This document shows positions 19,310 to 30,124 of a stretch of 64,000 bases of DNA, in pieces. The DNA lies in assembly GCA_965214775.1 (NCBI GenBank), contig OZ243974.1:544001-608000 (forward strand), read 5' to 3'. Both the position numbers and the translations under genes were made by a program. Origin of the DNA: Nitrosopumilus sp. (GTDB lineage: Archaea; Thermoproteota; Nitrososphaeria; Nitrososphaerales; Nitrosopumilaceae). How positions within the stretch are numbered: the stretch's first letter is position 1; every line of letters begins with the position of its first letter. The notes below the pieces were generated by a model. That model saw only the letters and a program-made list of their open reading frames with translations, was not told where the DNA came from and ran no database searches.

Positions 19310-22300
19310 GGCACGATCACCGCGTACGGCTCCCTGCCATAGTTGCCATGTACATCGGAGACCTCGACCCAGACGGCGTACGTTCCGGCCGTGACGCCGG
19401 CCGTGTTGACGGTCATGGTGGCCGTGCCATTGAGGCGATCCGTTATAGATACGGCGCCTTGCGGCAGCAGGGTGTCCGGAATGGCTCTGATCGTGATGGT
19501 GTCGCCCTCCGGATCGGTGGCGCTGATACCCAGTGAGATCTGCTGTTGTGCAAGACGTATCGGCCCGCCCGTGACCGTGCCGTTGTATGTCAGGACGAAT
19601 TCCGGCTCGTCGTTGTCTTGCGCCCCTGCGTCTTCTGGCTGATCCCGGCCGGATGTCCCATCCTCATCCCCAGAGGCTGCTGCAGAGTAGACCGGGCCCA
19701 CGGTAACTCCTCGAGGGTCGTCCATGCGGTTGCCGGATACAAAGACCGAGGCGGTGCCGGAGGATATGCTTATGACGTTGTCGTCGTCCTTGTTTGCCAC
19801 GTACAGCACGCCGGCATCGTCCATGTCCATGCCGTACGGCTCGTCTATCAGCGATGTGATGGTGGCGAGTGATGATCCGTCTGTCGGGTTGATCTCGTTT
19901 ACGCGCCCGGCGTCATCGCCGCCCTGGTACAGGCTGGATCCGTTGCCGCTCATGGCGCCGCCGCACTCCAGTCCTGCGGCCCTGTACGTGTTGGGCGGGG
20001 ACGAGGAGGTGCCGGATATCGCGCCCTGGTACGTGCCGTCAGAGGCCCTGTAGTAGAGTATCTTGCCAAGCGACCTGTCTGCTGCATACATCCGGCCGTC
20101 TGCGCAAAAGACTATATCGTACGGGGACAGCAGCGCAGTGGCGCCCGAGCTTGCCGGATTGCGCGACGCGTCGCCAAAGTAGCCCAGCGACGAACCGGAC
20201 GACGAGAACCTCTCCACTCCCATGCTCGTGGCCACGTACAGCGTGTTGCCGTTCCACGTGAGGCCGTACGGGTATCCGGTAGTGGATGCCCATCCCGCGC
20301 TTGATCCGCTGATCGGGGCGCCCGTGGCGCCATTGTACTTGCGTATCTTGCTGTAGGTGTTGTCCGATATATACAGGTGGCCGTCCGGGCCAAAGGCCAC
20401 GTCCCACGCCTTGCCCAGGCCCCCAGCCCTGTCCTCCACAAAGTCGCCGAGATACGTCCCGCTCTCCGAGAAGACCAGGACCTCGCGGTCGTCCGTGTCT
20501 GCGACGTATATTGAATGGCCCGATGTGGGGGGGGACGACGAGCCCGAGTCGCTTATGGATATGTTGTCTATCATTGCTATCTCAGAGGAGCTGGAGCTGC
20601 GCGCAGTTATGCGCACCTGCATCTCGGAGACCAGATGTCCGGAGGACAGATCATAGGATTCGGTGTGCCACGTGCTGTCATCATCCCCGGAGGATGCCTG
20701 CCAGTCAAACGCGGTGGTCCATGCGGAGCCGTCGTGCAGCTCCACCCGGAGGTATTCGCCGCCGTCAAGCGCCGAGGATACGAACCTGTCAAGCGTCAGG
20801 TGTCCTGTTTGCCGCGACGACAGGTCTGCCGGAGATAGCGTGATGGTGCAGAGCGTGTCGCAGTTGCTGGAATATGCCACGGTGTTGCCCGTCTGGCTGC
20901 CGGGCAGCGGGGTGGTCGGCGAGCGTGTGATCCAGTCCGAGTCGCCACCCTGGGTCCAGCCGTCCAGTCCTGACTCAAAGTCCTCTGATATCGTGACGGG
21001 GCGCGGCGGGGGCTGGACCGTCGAGCCGCCCGATGATGCGCTTATGGCTATGTCGTCAAGCTGCACGTCCTCGCTTGAGGAGCTCTGCTGCGTGACCAGC
21101 CTGATCTTAAAGTCGTCTGCATCAAGGTATGACGCAAGGTCGTATGATTCCTGGTGCCACGTGCTGTCGTCGCCCCCGAGGTTGTGCGACCAGTGGTATA
21201 TGGTGTTCCACGCCGAGCCGTCGTATGCCTCCACCTTGAGGTACTCGTCACGGTCAAGCCCGCTGTCTACGAACCGCCAGAACGAGAGCGTCGCAGAGGA
21301 GTATCCCGTGAGGTCTATCGAGTCCCTGAGGGTGAGCGTGCACATGATGTCGCAGTTATCGGAATGGAGGACGAGGTTGGATGCGGACTGTCCGGGGCGT
21401 GTCGGAACCGACTGCGACTGGGATGTCGACGTCCTCCAGTCGCCATCGCCGGTCTCGATCCAGTTGGCTGTAAGCGAGGATGACTCGAAGCTGTCCGAAA
21501 ACACGATGACGGGCGTCTGCGTCGTGGGCGGCGGTTGGGGGGTAGTCGTGCTGTCGGGACGGTATGTCATGCTGAGCGTCCACTCGTTGAGGGTTCCCAC
21601 GTCGGCCCCGCTATAGTCGCCCACAGACAGGGTCCACCTGCCTGTGATCTGAGATCCTGCCAGTCCGCCCAGATCGGTGTTTGATGCTGACGTATATGTC
21701 TCGGCCAGGTCGTGCGTGCTGCCCCCGCTGCGGTCGTGAAGCGTGATTGCGGTACCTCCAGGAGGCGTGAGGACGACCTTCAGGTCGCCTATGTAGGTGT
21801 GCTCTATGTCTACATATACGGACAGGGACGACAGTGTTCCGCTTGCAGAAACGGTGTGGGTGCTAGACGTGTCCTGGCTGTCCGTATCATCAGGTATTGC
21901 GGCACCTGACAGTATGGTGACATCTGATGTCAGCTGTGCCGGACATGTACCTGACGAGGCGCCTTGGGCGCCGGATGCGGAGCAGGAGTTTGGAACGTAT
22001 CCGACGAACATGCGGACATCTTCAATGACAGGGGATGCGCTGGTTGCCTGGTGTACCACCGCCTCGTCTATGCCGTCGGCAGACAGCGTGGCCGATCGAA
22101 TCGTGATCGGCGAGGACAGTTCCATCATTCTAGTGCCGCTTGCAGGTACTGCTACGGTGTATGTGCCTCCATCCGAGGCAGTGATCGTCAGATCCGCCCC
22201 CTCCATGTTCACGGATCCCACGTGCAGTGCAGATACCGAATAGCTCGGGCCGGGAAACGCCTTGGAATGGCCGGTATGGGCAAAGCCAGAGTCTACAAGC

Positions 22301-24624
22301 AGGGTGTCCCAGTCCCGTATGTCAGACGAACTGGGTGAGACGTCAGTAGAGCCCGGCGGGGGCGACTCGGCGTTAATCGTTATGGTCGCAGGAGTGCCAG
22401 TCGCAAGACCGTCCTGAGGCGTCACGGCAAACGTGTCTGTCGTACGGAACGTGGAATCGGGCGTATAAAGCATCCGCGATATCGTGTTTGTGATAAACTC
22501 ATCAGTAGTAACGGTACCGTGATCCGGATCATCAGAGACGCTAAACGACAGGGGGTCGCCGTCCCGATCCGCCCCGTGCAGGCGTATTATTGCAGGATCC
22601 GTCATGTCCGGGTCTATTATGACCGTTCTGGGCTGGGCCGTCGGGGCCGCATTCGTAAACGGCGCAGGCAGCGGAGAGAGTGAATGGGTGCTTGCAATGG
22701 CATAGTTTTGAACAGGCTTGTTTATGGAGTCAAGGCCGGAGCCTGTGACCGTTATCGTGTAGTTGCCCACGGAGGTGGAAAACACCGCAAACTCGTTTGT
22801 CTGGTGTGCGGATTCTGCCCGTATCGTGCTTTCGTCAGGGGCAGTCACCACAAAGTCCAGATTCGCCGCGCCGACTGCCTGGCTGCGGCTTGCCTGGTCG
22901 GTTATGGAGCCGTGCGGGTGTGCCATCCACGTAAGTATGACCTTGGCCGGGTCTGAGGCGTCGGTGACCTCAAAGGAGTACTGCCTGCTGGTCGTCTGCC
23001 CGTCAAGATGGCCGCCCATCACGTGGTTGTGGGAGGGGGTTCTCTGTGAAACATACTTCAACGACTGGCTTGTGTCCAGTATGCCAAAACCCACGTTGTT
23101 TAAGAGTGCGACCGATGCGGCTTCGGTGGCCTCATCGGTACCGGTTGGCTGCCTTGCGTGGGAACAGTTGTCAGATGGGCTGCTCCGCTCGTACTGGGAC
23201 GAGGTGCATGGAACGGGCCCCTGCCAGTCCGCCCCCAGAAGAAGGGCCGCCTTTATCTCCACTGGAGTGAGGTCTGGCTTTAGCTGCAGCATCATGGCGG
23301 CCGTGGCGCTTACCTGCGGGGCGGCATAGCTTGTACCGTTATCATGATAATAAGTGGAATTGGATATGAAGCTAAGCAAATTTATATTTGTTGCCGGTGC
23401 CGCTATCTCCGGCTTTAGGATGACGGTTCCGCCCGCAGGCCCGCGACTTGAATCTCTGTACATTGTGGTTGTGTTGGGATCACGATCATCTATGCCGCCT
23501 ACTGTAATTATGTTGCTTCCGCAGCCGGGGTTGGTTATTGATTCATAGGCAGTACGGTTCGATGATGATCCTTCATTTCCTGCCGACTTTACTGCAACCA
23601 TTCCCTTGTCTACTGCCTCGTCTGTTATTAGATCGTATGTCGTACGATTGTCAAGTACATCACAAACAGCATTATGATTTGAAGACGGAAGTCCACCACT
23701 TATGTTTATTACATCCGCGCCGTTTCGGAGGGCATGATCCAATCCATGAGCCAAACCTGCCGCACTTCTTCCAATTTTAATGTCCAAAAGTTCCACGCCG
23801 GGGGCGATTCCGTTGTGCTCTGGCAGTCCGGACGCGGCAAGAACCTGCGCCACTCGTGTTCCGTGGGACGTAGTGCTGTGATATGGCGATTCAGTGCCAA
23901 CCGCATGTCCAGCAGTACTCTGACGGCATCCCGTATTGTCACACGCAGCATGCTCAAGTATTCTTTCGCCAAAAGCGGTACCGTGATTGATGCCGGTATC
24001 GAGTACCCCCACCACTATGCCAGAGCCGTTGATACTCCTCCCAACGGCGGTGCGCACGTCGTCGGGAGTCGCCCGTATGGTCTGACGCGCAGTATCCACC
24101 TCCGAAACCACCGGAAGCTCCCCGTCTCCGAGTCGGTACGCCTCGTCATGTAGCGAGAATCCAGGAATGTCCGCTACAGGAATAGACGCGGTTACAAAGG
24201 AGAGCGAACCGGCAGGCGTGATGTCGCGCGCGCCTGCAGTCGTGAGCCTCTTTACAATCGCGTCCTTGTTCTCCTTTGCAGTCTCGTCTGGATCCCTTGC
24301 ATCCCCGTCATCCCTGCTGACTACGATTATCACGTTGTAGTATCTCGTGCCGTCGTATACGCCGGGATCGCCGGGCTGCGGTTCCTCCGTTATTAGGTTC
24401 CGGATCTTGTCATAAAAGCCGTCATCGAACTTGTGTTGGTGGACATCGACGTTTGCAACCGGCCCAGGCGCCGCGGCATTTCCGGGCAGGATGTCGCCGG
24501 GTATGCTGCCGGAATGCTCCGAGCCCGCATTGTCTTGCGCGGTCTGCGACATGGAGACTGCCGGAGGAACAAGGAGAGCCGCCGAGAATAATGCCAAGAG
24601 AAGAATCGCCGTTCTAATAATCAC
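19306..24624 (-). CDS. Large secreted S8 subtilisin-like protease with P-domain, beta-sandwich repeats and NHL-like propeller
   Basis: VLDTG, HGTRVA, SAGN, GTSYAAP catalytic motifs; I.HTYIGDLKV.L..P.G P-domain; overlaps the serpin start. Confidence 0.93.
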   Translation of the reverse strand: MIIRTAILLLALFSAALLVPPAVSMSQTAQDNAGSEHSGSIPGDILPGNAAAPGPVANVDVHQHKFDDGFYDKIRNLITEEPQPGDPGVYDGTRYYNVIIVVSRDDGDARDPDETAKENKDAIVKRLTTAGARDITPAGSLSFVTASIPVADIPGFSLHDEAYRLGDGELPVVSEVDTARQTIRATPDDVRTAVGRSINGSGIVVGVLDTGINHGTAFGERILEHAACDNTGCRQSTAGHAVGTESPYHSTTSHGTRVAQVLAASGLPEHNGIAPGVELLDIKIGRSAAGLAHGLDHALRNGADVINISGGLPSSNHNAVCDVLDNRTTYDLITDEAVDKGMVAVKSAGNEGSSSNRTAYESITNPGCGSNIITVGGIDDRDPNTTTMYRDSSRGPAGGTVILKPEIAAPATNINLLSFISNSTYYHDNGTSYAAPQVSATAAMMLQLKPDLTPVEIKAALLLGADWQGPVPCTSSQYERSSPSDNCSHARQPTGTDEATEAASVALLNNVGFGILDTSQSLKYVSQRTPSHNHVMGGHLDGQTTSRQYSFEVTDASDPAKVILTWMAHPHGSITDQASRSQAVGAANLDFVVTAPDESTIRAESAHQTNEFAVFSTSVGNYTITVTGSGLDSINKPVQNYAIASTHSLSPLPAPFTNAAPTAQPRTVIIDPDMTDPAIIRLHGADRDGDPLSFSVSDDPDHGTVTTDEFITNTISRMLYTPDSTFRTTDTFAVTPQDGLATGTPATITINAESPPPGSTDVSPSSSDIRDWDTLLVDSGFAHTGHSKAFPGPSYSVSALHVGSVNMEGADLTITASDGGTYTVAVPASGTRMMELSSPITIRSATLSADGIDEAVVHQATSASPVIEDVRMFVGYVPNSCSASGAQGASSGTCPAQLTSDVTILSGAAIPDDTDSQDTSSTHTVSASGTLSSLSVYVDIEHTYIGDLKVVLTPPGGTAITLHDRSGGSTHDLAETYTSASNTDLGGLAGSQITGRWTLSVGDYSGADVGTLNEWTLSMTYRPDSTTTPQPPPTTQTPVIVFSDSFESSSLTANWIETGDGDWRTSTSQSQSVPTRPGQSASNLVLHSDNCDIMCTLTLRDSIDLTGYSSATLSFWRFVDSGLDRDEYLKVEAYDGSAWNTIYHWSHNLGGDDSTWHQESYDLASYLDADDFKIRLVTQQSSSSEDVQLDDIAISASSGGSTVQPPPRPVTISEDFESGLDGWTQGGDSDWITRSPTTPLPGSQTGNTVAYSSNCDTLCTITLSPADLSSRQTGHLTLDRFVSSALDGGEYLRVELHDGSAWTTAFDWQASSGDDDSTWHTESYDLSSGHLVSEMQVRITARSSSSSEIAMIDNISISDSGSSSPPTSGHSIYVADTDDREVLVFSESGTYLGDFVEDRAGGLGKAWDVAFGPDGHLYISDNTYSKIRKYNGATGAPISGSSAGWASTTGYPYGLTWNGNTLYVATSMGVERFSSSGSSLGYFGDASRNPASSGATALLSPYDIVFCADGRMYAADRSLGKILYYRASDGTYQGAISGTSSSPPNTYRAAGLECGGAMSGNGSSLYQGGDDAGRVNEINPTDGSSLATITSLIDEPYGMDMDDAGVLYVANKDDDNVISISSGTASVFVSGNRMDDPRGVTVGPVYSAAASGDEDGTSGRDQPEDAGAQDNDEPEFVLTYNGTVTGGPIRLAQQQISLGISATDPEGDTITIRAIPDTLLPQGAVSITDRLNGTATMTVNTAGVTAGTYAVWVEVSDVHGNYGREPYAVIVP

Positions 24625-24684
24625 AATATCCTAGTGGGAACTTTAATTCATTTAATACTTACGATCCGGGTTGGCGATTTGTAT

Positions 24685-24812
24685 TAGACTTTATGCGTAA
24701 TCGGTTCAGATCCAGGATTATTACGAACAAATTCATCTCATTCAGGCCAATTACACATAAAGTCTATTACAAACAAATTCATCTCATTCAGGCCAATTAC
24801 ACATAAAGTCTA
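24685..24812. mobile_element. MITE family A with duplicated right half
   Basis: Full copy 24685-24766, followed by a 46-bp repeat of its right half. Confidence 0.85.
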
Positions 24813-25177
24813 ATCTTAGAAAGCGAATTGAAATGGTCACGATTGAAAATGAGGGTGATTCCATCAAGGTGACTCACACTAGGTGGATTCAAAAACACAC
24901 ATGTAGAGAGATTAATGATCTTCTAAGGCTTCATGAGTTAGCTGATTGCCCAACGAAAAGGTTAGTTGTTGGATGAAATTACTTTCATGAAAATACTAAA
25001 TATTTTTATTAAATTTTATTTTGAATTAATTCATGAATGATCCTCATCATTGTAGATGTTTCTTCATTACAGAAATTGATGACTTTAAAGATATTCTTTT
25101 AGATTTTAATTTTAAAGATGAATTTCAGGAAAATCATGGTCAGCTATATGGTTACGTGTTACGAGTAAGTGACAAAC

Positions 25178-26278
25178 TATAGTGAAGAGCATAAGTCCTT
25201 CAAACCGGGGACTTGGTTCCGAGGTACTCCATGATGTCATGCTTGAAGCTGGCAGTCCTCAGGTATTCAGACAGCGTCTTTCTCATCTCCTCGAATGTCG
25301 CATAGTACTCGGAGACGAGGACGTCCCGCTTTGCCTGGTGCCAGAACTCCTCAATGCCGCTGAGCCTCGGGGTGGCAACCGGCAGATACCTGACCATCAA
25401 GGTGTCTCTGTTGTCTGCCACGAACTTTTTTACATCCCGGGTCTTGTGCGCAGACGCGCCGTCCATTATTACCAGGACCTTTCCAAAGTGACTGCGGAGC
25501 TCCTTGAGATACCTGAGGAATGTCGGGCCGTCAAACTTGTCGTACGTCCGGAAGAAGCGGCGTCCGTCCGTGGCGATTGCGCCGTAGGCCACGGTCCTGC
25601 GGCGGTTCCCCCTGTATGTAACCGTGATCGGCGTTCCTACTGCAGACCAGTACTTGCGCCCGACGATCGGGGCGTCTACGAAGATCGACTCGTCCTGGAT
25701 TACGGTGGTAAAACCCTCCCTTTCCAGGCGTGAAATCTGCCTTTTTGCGTTGCGCTGCCACCTGCGTATGGTCTCCTCGTCTGCCTTGCTCCTGTGCACA
25801 AGCTCCGGCGTCTTGGGCGACATGTCCTGCTCCCTCATCAGCCTCCTAGCAGAGGACGGGTGGTACTGCACGCCGATCCTGTCGCGTATTTCGACGGCCA
25901 GAATCCTGGGTGTGATCACGCCGTCGTGAGCATCACCGATGATCTCGGAGATGAGTTCAGGCTTTACCTTGGGCGGCCTTCCGCTGCGGGAGTGATCCCG
26001 GAGGGCATCAATGCCCACCTCCTCAAAGCGGCTGACCCACTGCCGTATGCAGTTGGGGGTACGCATGAGACGCTTTGCCGTGCTGCTTATGTCCTCGCCA
26101 AGCACGCAGACTGCGTTGACTGCCGCTATCCTGAGTACTGCCTCGGGATCCTTTTCCTTCTTGGATGCCGCTCTGAGATCCTCTGCTAGTGTAGTAGCCA
26201 TGCAATATATGATACATGGCGATCAAAATATGTTGCTGTCGATTTTTTTGACCTCAAAGACTTTTAATCGTCACTATA
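25178..26278 (-). mobile_element. IS630-family insertion sequence (second type)
   Basis: Imperfect TIR TATAGTGA.GA...AAGTC / TCACTATA. Confidence 0.85.
25200..26201 (-). CDS. IS630-family transposase
   Basis: RSGRPPK HTH; QDES, MDGASAH, PVATPRLSGIEEFW. Confidence 0.92.
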   Translation of the reverse strand: MATTLAEDLRAASKKEKDPEAVLRIAAVNAVCVLGEDISSTAKRLMRTPNCIRQWVSRFEEVGIDALRDHSRSGRPPKVKPELISEIIGDAHDGVITPRILAVEIRDRIGVQYHPSSARRLMREQDMSPKTPELVHRSKADEETIRRWQRNAKRQISRLEREGFTTVIQDESIFVDAPIVGRKYWSAVGTPITVTYRGNRRRTVAYGAIATDGRRFFRTYDKFDGPTFLRYLKELRSHFGKVLVIMDGASAHKTRDVKKFVADNRDTLMVRYLPVATPRLSGIEEFWHQAKRDVLVSEYYATFEEMRKTLSEYLRTASFKHDIMEYLGTKSPV

Positions 26279-26364
26279 GATCTGGACCGATTACGCATAA
26301 GGTCTTATAGCTAAATGTTTAAAGTTTCTGTTAAAATCGAACCCAAAATTCAAGTGTTAGATAA

Positions 26365-26446
26365 TAGACCTTATGCGTAATCGACCTGAATGAGATGAAC
26401 TTGTTCGTAATAATCCTAGATCTGAACCGATTACGCATAAGGTCTA
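26365..26446. mobile_element. MITE family A (inverted)
   Basis: TAGACCTTATGCGTAATCG...CGATTACGCATAAGGTCTA. Confidence 0.85.
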
Positions 26447-26450
26447 CTGC

Positions 26451-26765
26451 ATGGCACATGCATTTGCAAAGAACAGAGTCCCAGAAAAACCACCACACTC
26501 CGGCAGCGGCTCCATGCCTGCATCTGCATTCAAACGCGACATGAGAGATTTCATGAAGGTGCTGGCTGTAGCGCATGATAATAAATTAGACGTAGTGGCA
26601 GATCCTAAACGCGTAGTAGAGATCGGGGAAGATTATGCGTTTGCAGGTTTTAAGGAGGTGTATGACAGGATAAAAAACAGAAAGAGCGACGTTACACCAG
26701 AGCAGATCCTAGAACAAATGCTCAAAGAGATTGCAGACATGTTCGATGAAACACCTCCAAATTAA
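26451..26765 (+). CDS. Hypothetical protein
   Basis: 104-aa ORF with plausible composition; start uncertain. Confidence 0.5.
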   Translation: MAHAFAKNRVPEKPPHSGSGSMPASAFKRDMRDFMKVLAVAHDNKLDVVADPKRVVEIGEDYAFAGFKEVYDRIKNRKSDVTPEQILEQMLKEIADMFDETPPN

Positions 26766-26914
26766 GACTGTGTGATTCTCGTCGCCGACATGAAGCCTGC
26801 CGCCAGGCTAGGTTTTCGTCTTGTCCCGCGTTTTAAGCGATATATCTTTTCGCGTATTTGCCAAAAAATGACGTAAAAACTGCACTCAGTACCCATAAGA
26901 TAAACAAAGTCTTG

Positions 26915-29146
26915 CTAGGTCATATCTTGTATGTATTCATAGTCTAACTGATCAAAATCTATCTCGAATAACGTTGTAACATCCCTGATTCTATCTATTG
27001 CCTGCTCCTTGTTTTTAGATATCAATGCGAACTCTTTATGCCTGAGAAGCTCCTTTGCAAACAGCTTTCTCTGTGACAAGCTAAATTCTGAATCTGCTCC
27101 GGCGATGGGTGGCGTGACTAGTATATCATAGATGCGCGCGTGTGTTTTTCCCTCCCTCTCATCCTTACGCAACAACCGCCCCCTTCGTTGTATGAATTGT
27201 TTGGGATTGCCGGAGCTTGCCATGAATATGCCTACGGTTGCAGATGGGATATCCACACCCTCGTCTAGACACTTTACAGCGGTGACACAGGCAAAATGGC
27301 CTATGTTCATCAGTTCCAGTATGTGCTTTCTGTCCCTAGTCTTGTCCTCCCAGGTTATAGAATCACTTTCTATGCCTCGCCTAGTCAGGATTTTTTTCAC
27401 CCTCTCAAGCTGTTTTGGGGCATTTTCTGGACTCGCAGTTGACGGATTGTTGGTGCAGTAAACAAGGGTTTTGCTTAGCCTGTTACTTAGCTCGTCGAGA
27501 ATCTCCTCGAATTTTTTATCTTTGTTTTCGGCATTTGCAATCAAGTTTGAGCGTGCAATGTATGGATCAGATTCACCAGGCCTTGGAACATATGTAGCCT
27601 GCTGCTTTCTGCTTTCAATTTGCGCTATTTTGGCACTTAGTCTCCGGTATTCTTCCATTTCGTCCTGGGACAGTTGTACATAATATGGAATGTAGTCATA
27701 TGTTGATAACACCTTCAAAGTGTGGATTGCGTCATTGAGATCTAGCGAGTATACAATTCCATGAAAATAATCATCTAGGATGTTTGTTCCCTCCTCATCC
27801 ATATGTCTGACAGGCGTTGCGCTAAGGCCAAGCCTAAAATCAAACTCCTCTGGCAACATTCTCTCTGAGGATTTTTTGGTAACATTGTGAACCTCGTCTA
27901 TTATCAAAAATTTTTTTACGTCCTTGGCATCAAGAATCATATTCATCAGGGATGGTTTTTGGAGCGTATCATGAGTTGTGAATATGACCACATGATTCGT
28001 TCTGTATTTCTGATGTCCTAGCGGCTTGGTTGTGAGATAATCCATCACTCTGTTGAACTCTGGCTTCCAGGCATAGTCGCTATGACACGTAACCGGGGAT
28101 TTTAGGACTATTCTCTGGGTATCGGACACACCGTCATTCCATTTTTTTACCTCGTCATTCCACTGTTGCACTAGGTGCTTTTGCGGGGCGGCAATTACAG
28201 TTATTGTCCTTTCATGTGTCTTCTGAATTATGTTTACGCATCCAAATGCTGTAAACGTCTTGCCGGTACCGGTGGCCATCTCTAGCAGTCCCCTGTGATT
28301 GTTTTCCACCCATTTTGTAATGGCATCCTCCTGGTGTGCTCGTAACTTGATTGCAGCTTGTGGCTGTATGTCCTGTACCGTGTCCTGCCTTCTCTCTTTG
28401 AGGATCCTCTTCACGCGCTCAACTGTTTCCCTTAGCTCCTGATCGGATTTTGGACGTATCTCAAGCAGGTGCTCTTTTACGGCCTTTGGAAGATCCACTA
28501 TGCATATCCCTTCCTCGTTGTCATTCCACAAGTCATTGAATATTCTCTGATTGTCGATAATTCCCTGCTTGACTGTGTTGTCCCCTCCCCAGCTCTTAAA
28601 GACCGAAAAGCTTTCAATGTTGTTATGCCATCCCATTCCTGTCTCGTTGACGGACCCTACAAACGCTATTCTCTCCTCATCACTGTATCTCATGATGCCG
28701 ATCTTTTGGTGGTATAGCGCACGATGCTGGGTCGGAACTGCGATCTTGATCTCTAGTTGGAGGGCATCGTCAATTTTGTTGGCAAGCATATACGCCATGA
28801 TCTTGTAAAATTCTGCCCTTGTGCAGTCCGGGTCACTTTTGAGATCCTCTAGGAATATGGTGGATAGGATTTTCTCTCGCTCGTTGACACTCTGCTCAAA
28901 TATTTCCTTATCTGTTGCCGAAAGCTCCTTGCTTGTGATTAGCTGTATTTTGCCTCCAGATGATATAAAATCTAAAATTTCTTCAGCGATGTTTGCAAAC
29001 GTGGACGATGAGAAATATCCGGACAATCGCTGGTATAATTTGCAGTCTACAAACGCCGGCTTGTAAAAGTCATTGATCAAATCATCCTTTGTAGAGTTCC
29101 AGGTAAGCTTTGGATCAAACTTTCTCTCCGTAGTCATACCCCTCAT
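26915..29146 (-). CDS. PLD-like nuclease + SF2 (XPB-like) helicase, Dnd-associated restriction helicase type
   Basis: LYHQKIG...GSVNET; MATGTGKT, IDEVH, LGLSATP, LDEGVDIP, QRRGRLLR. Confidence 0.88.
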   Translation of the reverse strand: MRGMTTERKFDPKLTWNSTKDDLINDFYKPAFVDCKLYQRLSGYFSSSTFANIAEEILDFISSGGKIQLITSKELSATDKEIFEQSVNEREKILSTIFLEDLKSDPDCTRAEFYKIMAYMLANKIDDALQLEIKIAVPTQHRALYHQKIGIMRYSDEERIAFVGSVNETGMGWHNNIESFSVFKSWGGDNTVKQGIIDNQRIFNDLWNDNEEGICIVDLPKAVKEHLLEIRPKSDQELRETVERVKRILKERRQDTVQDIQPQAAIKLRAHQEDAITKWVENNHRGLLEMATGTGKTFTAFGCVNIIQKTHERTITVIAAPQKHLVQQWNDEVKKWNDGVSDTQRIVLKSPVTCHSDYAWKPEFNRVMDYLTTKPLGHQKYRTNHVVIFTTHDTLQKPSLMNMILDAKDVKKFLIIDEVHNVTKKSSERMLPEEFDFRLGLSATPVRHMDEEGTNILDDYFHGIVYSLDLNDAIHTLKVLSTYDYIPYYVQLSQDEMEEYRRLSAKIAQIESRKQQATYVPRPGESDPYIARSNLIANAENKDKKFEEILDELSNRLSKTLVYCTNNPSTASPENAPKQLERVKKILTRRGIESDSITWEDKTRDRKHILELMNIGHFACVTAVKCLDEGVDIPSATVGIFMASSGNPKQFIQRRGRLLRKDEREGKTHARIYDILVTPPIAGADSEFSLSQRKLFAKELLRHKEFALISKNKEQAIDRIRDVTTLFEIDFDQLDYEYIQDMT

Positions 29147-29365
29147 ATGGCCTAATTAATCACAACTAATAAGGCTAGCAATTGGAAGGTCTTCGGCAAA
29201 GGCGGATCACCTTGTCTCCCACCTCTGCCACCCGGATCATGGTCTCGACAAAGCTTGACGTAAACAGGATACATGTGACGTCGACGGACATGGCCCGGTA
29301 GGCCTCTACGGATTTGTGGTCGACAATTGGGCTCGTAGCCACACGGTATGTGTCCCTTGTTGCCT

Positions 29366-29453
29366 TAGTGCGTGCAGTTGAAAATGGAATATTTTTTTGG
29401 CGAAATAGGCACGATGTGTCAAAATCATATTCCATTTTTTGGTGTTGGTACTA
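29366..29453. mobile_element. MITE-like repeat family C
   Basis: Near-identical to 1247-1334. Confidence 0.75.
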
Positions 29454-29560
29454 CTTTATACGCGTTATCTGATGCTGTCAGTCCTGCATGCATGGTCGGT
29501 TTTCAAAGATAATACTTCAATCCAGGTTGATTACGCATAGATCTTATTTTTACTAACTCA

Positions 29561-29980
29561 TCATTTTAATAATATTGAATAAACTAAAGATGCTAATCCA
29601 ATCAGAATAGCTGCCACAACACCAATTTTTGTCCATTTTGAACTACTTTCAGCCTGATCAAGTTCACGTTGTTTTAACTTTCTCGCATTTTCTTTTTGTT
29701 TTTCCTGTTCCGTTACCCATTTGGGATTAAAAAGAGTTCGAAGTGCTTTCTTTCCTTTCGAAGTAATTCTGATCCCAACAGCATGTTCTTTATCCCCAAA
29801 ATCTATTTTAATTTTTTCTAGATATTCATCATCGATAAGATATTGCACTTCAGAAGATACTAAAGTTTTATCTAACCCTAATTCCTCAGCAATCACATCT
29901 CCCCAAAGACCAGCTGTAGAAGATGATTCAGTATGTTTCAAATATGCTTCAAGAACAGTTTTCCTTAATTCGTCATTCAT
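29561..29980 (-). CDS. wHTH-like protein with C-terminal TM helix
   Basis: IAEELGL...EVQYLIDDEYL...ITSKG; hydrophobic C-terminus. Confidence 0.65.
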   Translation of the reverse strand: MNDELRKTVLEAYLKHTESSSTAGLWGDVIAEELGLDKTLVSSEVQYLIDDEYLEKIKIDFGDKEHAVGIRITSKGKKALRTLFNPKWVTEQEKQKENARKLKQRELDQAESSSKWTKIGVVAAILIGLASLVYSILLK

Positions 29981-30124
29981 ATTCTGTTTTTCGATCTGGT
30001 CAATATATGAATCGTGTTAAATGTAGGATGGATTTCCAATTCCTTTGAGAATATCTTTTAATTCAAAGGTTCTTCAGTCCATGAATCCTACCCATGAATC
30101 AAAATTTCCCGTTCATGCCTGATT

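Noticed and set aside
19343-24153. Numerous plus-strand ORFs opposite the S8 protease (and similar ones opposite other GC-rich genes)
   Set aside because: Antisense shadow ORFs with no recognisable motifs.
26915-29146. Complete phosphorothioation (Dnd) system
   Set aside because: Only the PLD-helicase is present; no dndBCDE-like genes are recognisable in the window.
30040-30105. Repeat matching 50690-50755
   Set aside because: Relic of a paralogous YVTN-propeller gene, not a functional element.
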